Source of the DNA: Mobula hypostoma
Taxonomy: Eukaryota
Direction: 5' to 3'
DNA length: 64,000 nucleotides
Assembly: GCF_963921235.1 (NCBI RefSeq)
Contig: NC_086115.1
Span: forward strand, 39,370,001 to 39,434,000
Shown here: positions 63,185-64,000 of the stretch, in pieces
How positions within the stretch are numbered: position 1 is the stretch's first letter
How the letters are laid out: every line of letters begins with the position of its first letter
Translations under genes and position numbers: made by a program
Notes under the pieces: generated by a model
What the model was told of the DNA's origin: nothing
What the model saw: only the letters and a program-made list of their open reading frames with translations
Databases searched by the model: none

Positions 63185-64000
63185 GGAAACTGGCAACTAA
63201 CTAGAGCAAGAGGATAAGATGTGAAATGAAGAGCAAGAGGATAAGATGTGAAATGAAGAGCAAGAGGACAAGACGTGAAAGAATAGGACCTATCAAGTGG
63301 TGACAGTGGGAAAGTGTGTATGGAACCGGAGGAAATAGCAGAGGTACTTAATGAATACTTTACTTCAGTATTCACTATGGAAAAGGATCTTGGTGATTGT
63401 AGTGCTGACTTGCAGCAGACTGAAAAGCTTGAGCATGTAGATATTAAGAAAGAGAATGTGCTGGAGCTTTTGAAAAGCATCAAGTTGGATAAGTCACCGG
63501 GACCGGATGAGATGTACCCCAGGCAACTGTGGGAGGCAAGGAAGGAGATTGCTGCGCCTCTAGCAATGACCTTTGCATCATCAATGGGGACAGGAGAGGT
63601 TCCGGAGGATTGTAGGGTTGTGGATGTTGTTCCCTTATTCAAAAAAGGGAGTAGAGATAGCCCAGGAAATTATAGACCAGTGAGTCTTACTTCAGTGGTT
63701 GGTAAGTTGATGGAGAAGATCCTGAGAGGCAGGATTTATGAACATTTGGAGAGGTATAATATGATTAAATATAGTCAGCATGGCTTTGTCAAGGGCAGGT
63801 TGTGCCTTACGAGCCTGATTGAGTTTTTTGAGGATGTGACTAAACACATTGATGAAGGAAGAGCAGTAGATATAGTGTATATGGATTGCAGCAAGCCATT
63901 TGATAAGGTACACCATGCAAGGCTTACTGAGAAAGTAAGGAGGCATGGGATCCAAGGGAACATTGCTTTGTGGCTCCAGAATTGGCTTGCCCACGGAAGG
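63185..64000 (+). mobile_element. CR1 LINE ORF2 fragment running off the window end
   Basis: gtacttaatgaatactttacttcagtattcact; NYRPVSLTSVVGKLMEKIL; QHGFVKGRLCLTSLIEFFE; 27-bp triplication at 63203-63283. Confidence 0.93.

Noticed and set aside
48136-64000. TdT exon 8 (GK..GHDVDFLI); candidate acceptor ctgcAG at ~58937
   Set aside because: It reads GKIPELHIVKG, with no DVD catalytic motif and an early stop; exon 8 is presumably downstream of the window.

Overview
This is repeat-dense vertebrate genomic DNA, most likely from a cartilaginous fish (inferred from HE1-like and SacSINE1-like SINEs and the LINE families present). The only host gene I can support is terminal deoxynucleotidyl transferase (DNTT/TdT) on the + strand. 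Five coding exons are present, orthologous to mammalian exons 3-7 (3042-3158, 32521-32691, 33862-33933, 36890-37013, 48003-48135). All have canonical AG/GT ends and splice into one open frame. Exons 1-2 lie upstream, and I did not find exon 8 (GHDVD motif) in the window. The introns are very large (intron 3 is 29.4 kb) and filled with nested transposon relics: CR1, Rex1/Babar, L1, R4-clade and RTE LINEs, Penelope-like elements, a chromovirus Gypsy, Tc1, Tigger and hAT elements, and SINEs. Almost every ORF in the supplied track is a TE fragment or spurious. The most unusual signal is a family of Penelope pseudo-LTR derivatives carrying a minimal type I hammerhead ribozyme (AGUC-CUGAYGA-A-GGGU/CUCG/GCCC-GAAAC-GUY-GACU). 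They occur as ~93-100 nt mini-insertions and as head-to-head palindromes with 12-14 bp TSDs. The only two copies with an intact fold are antisense to TdT, and one of these was turned to the antisense strand by a 354-bp inversion that can be reconstructed from the sequence. A 1.1-kb G-quadruplex-prone minisatellite has also expanded inside one pseudo-LTR. All TE family names come from motif recognition, not database searches. Boundaries without a stated TSD are approximate.
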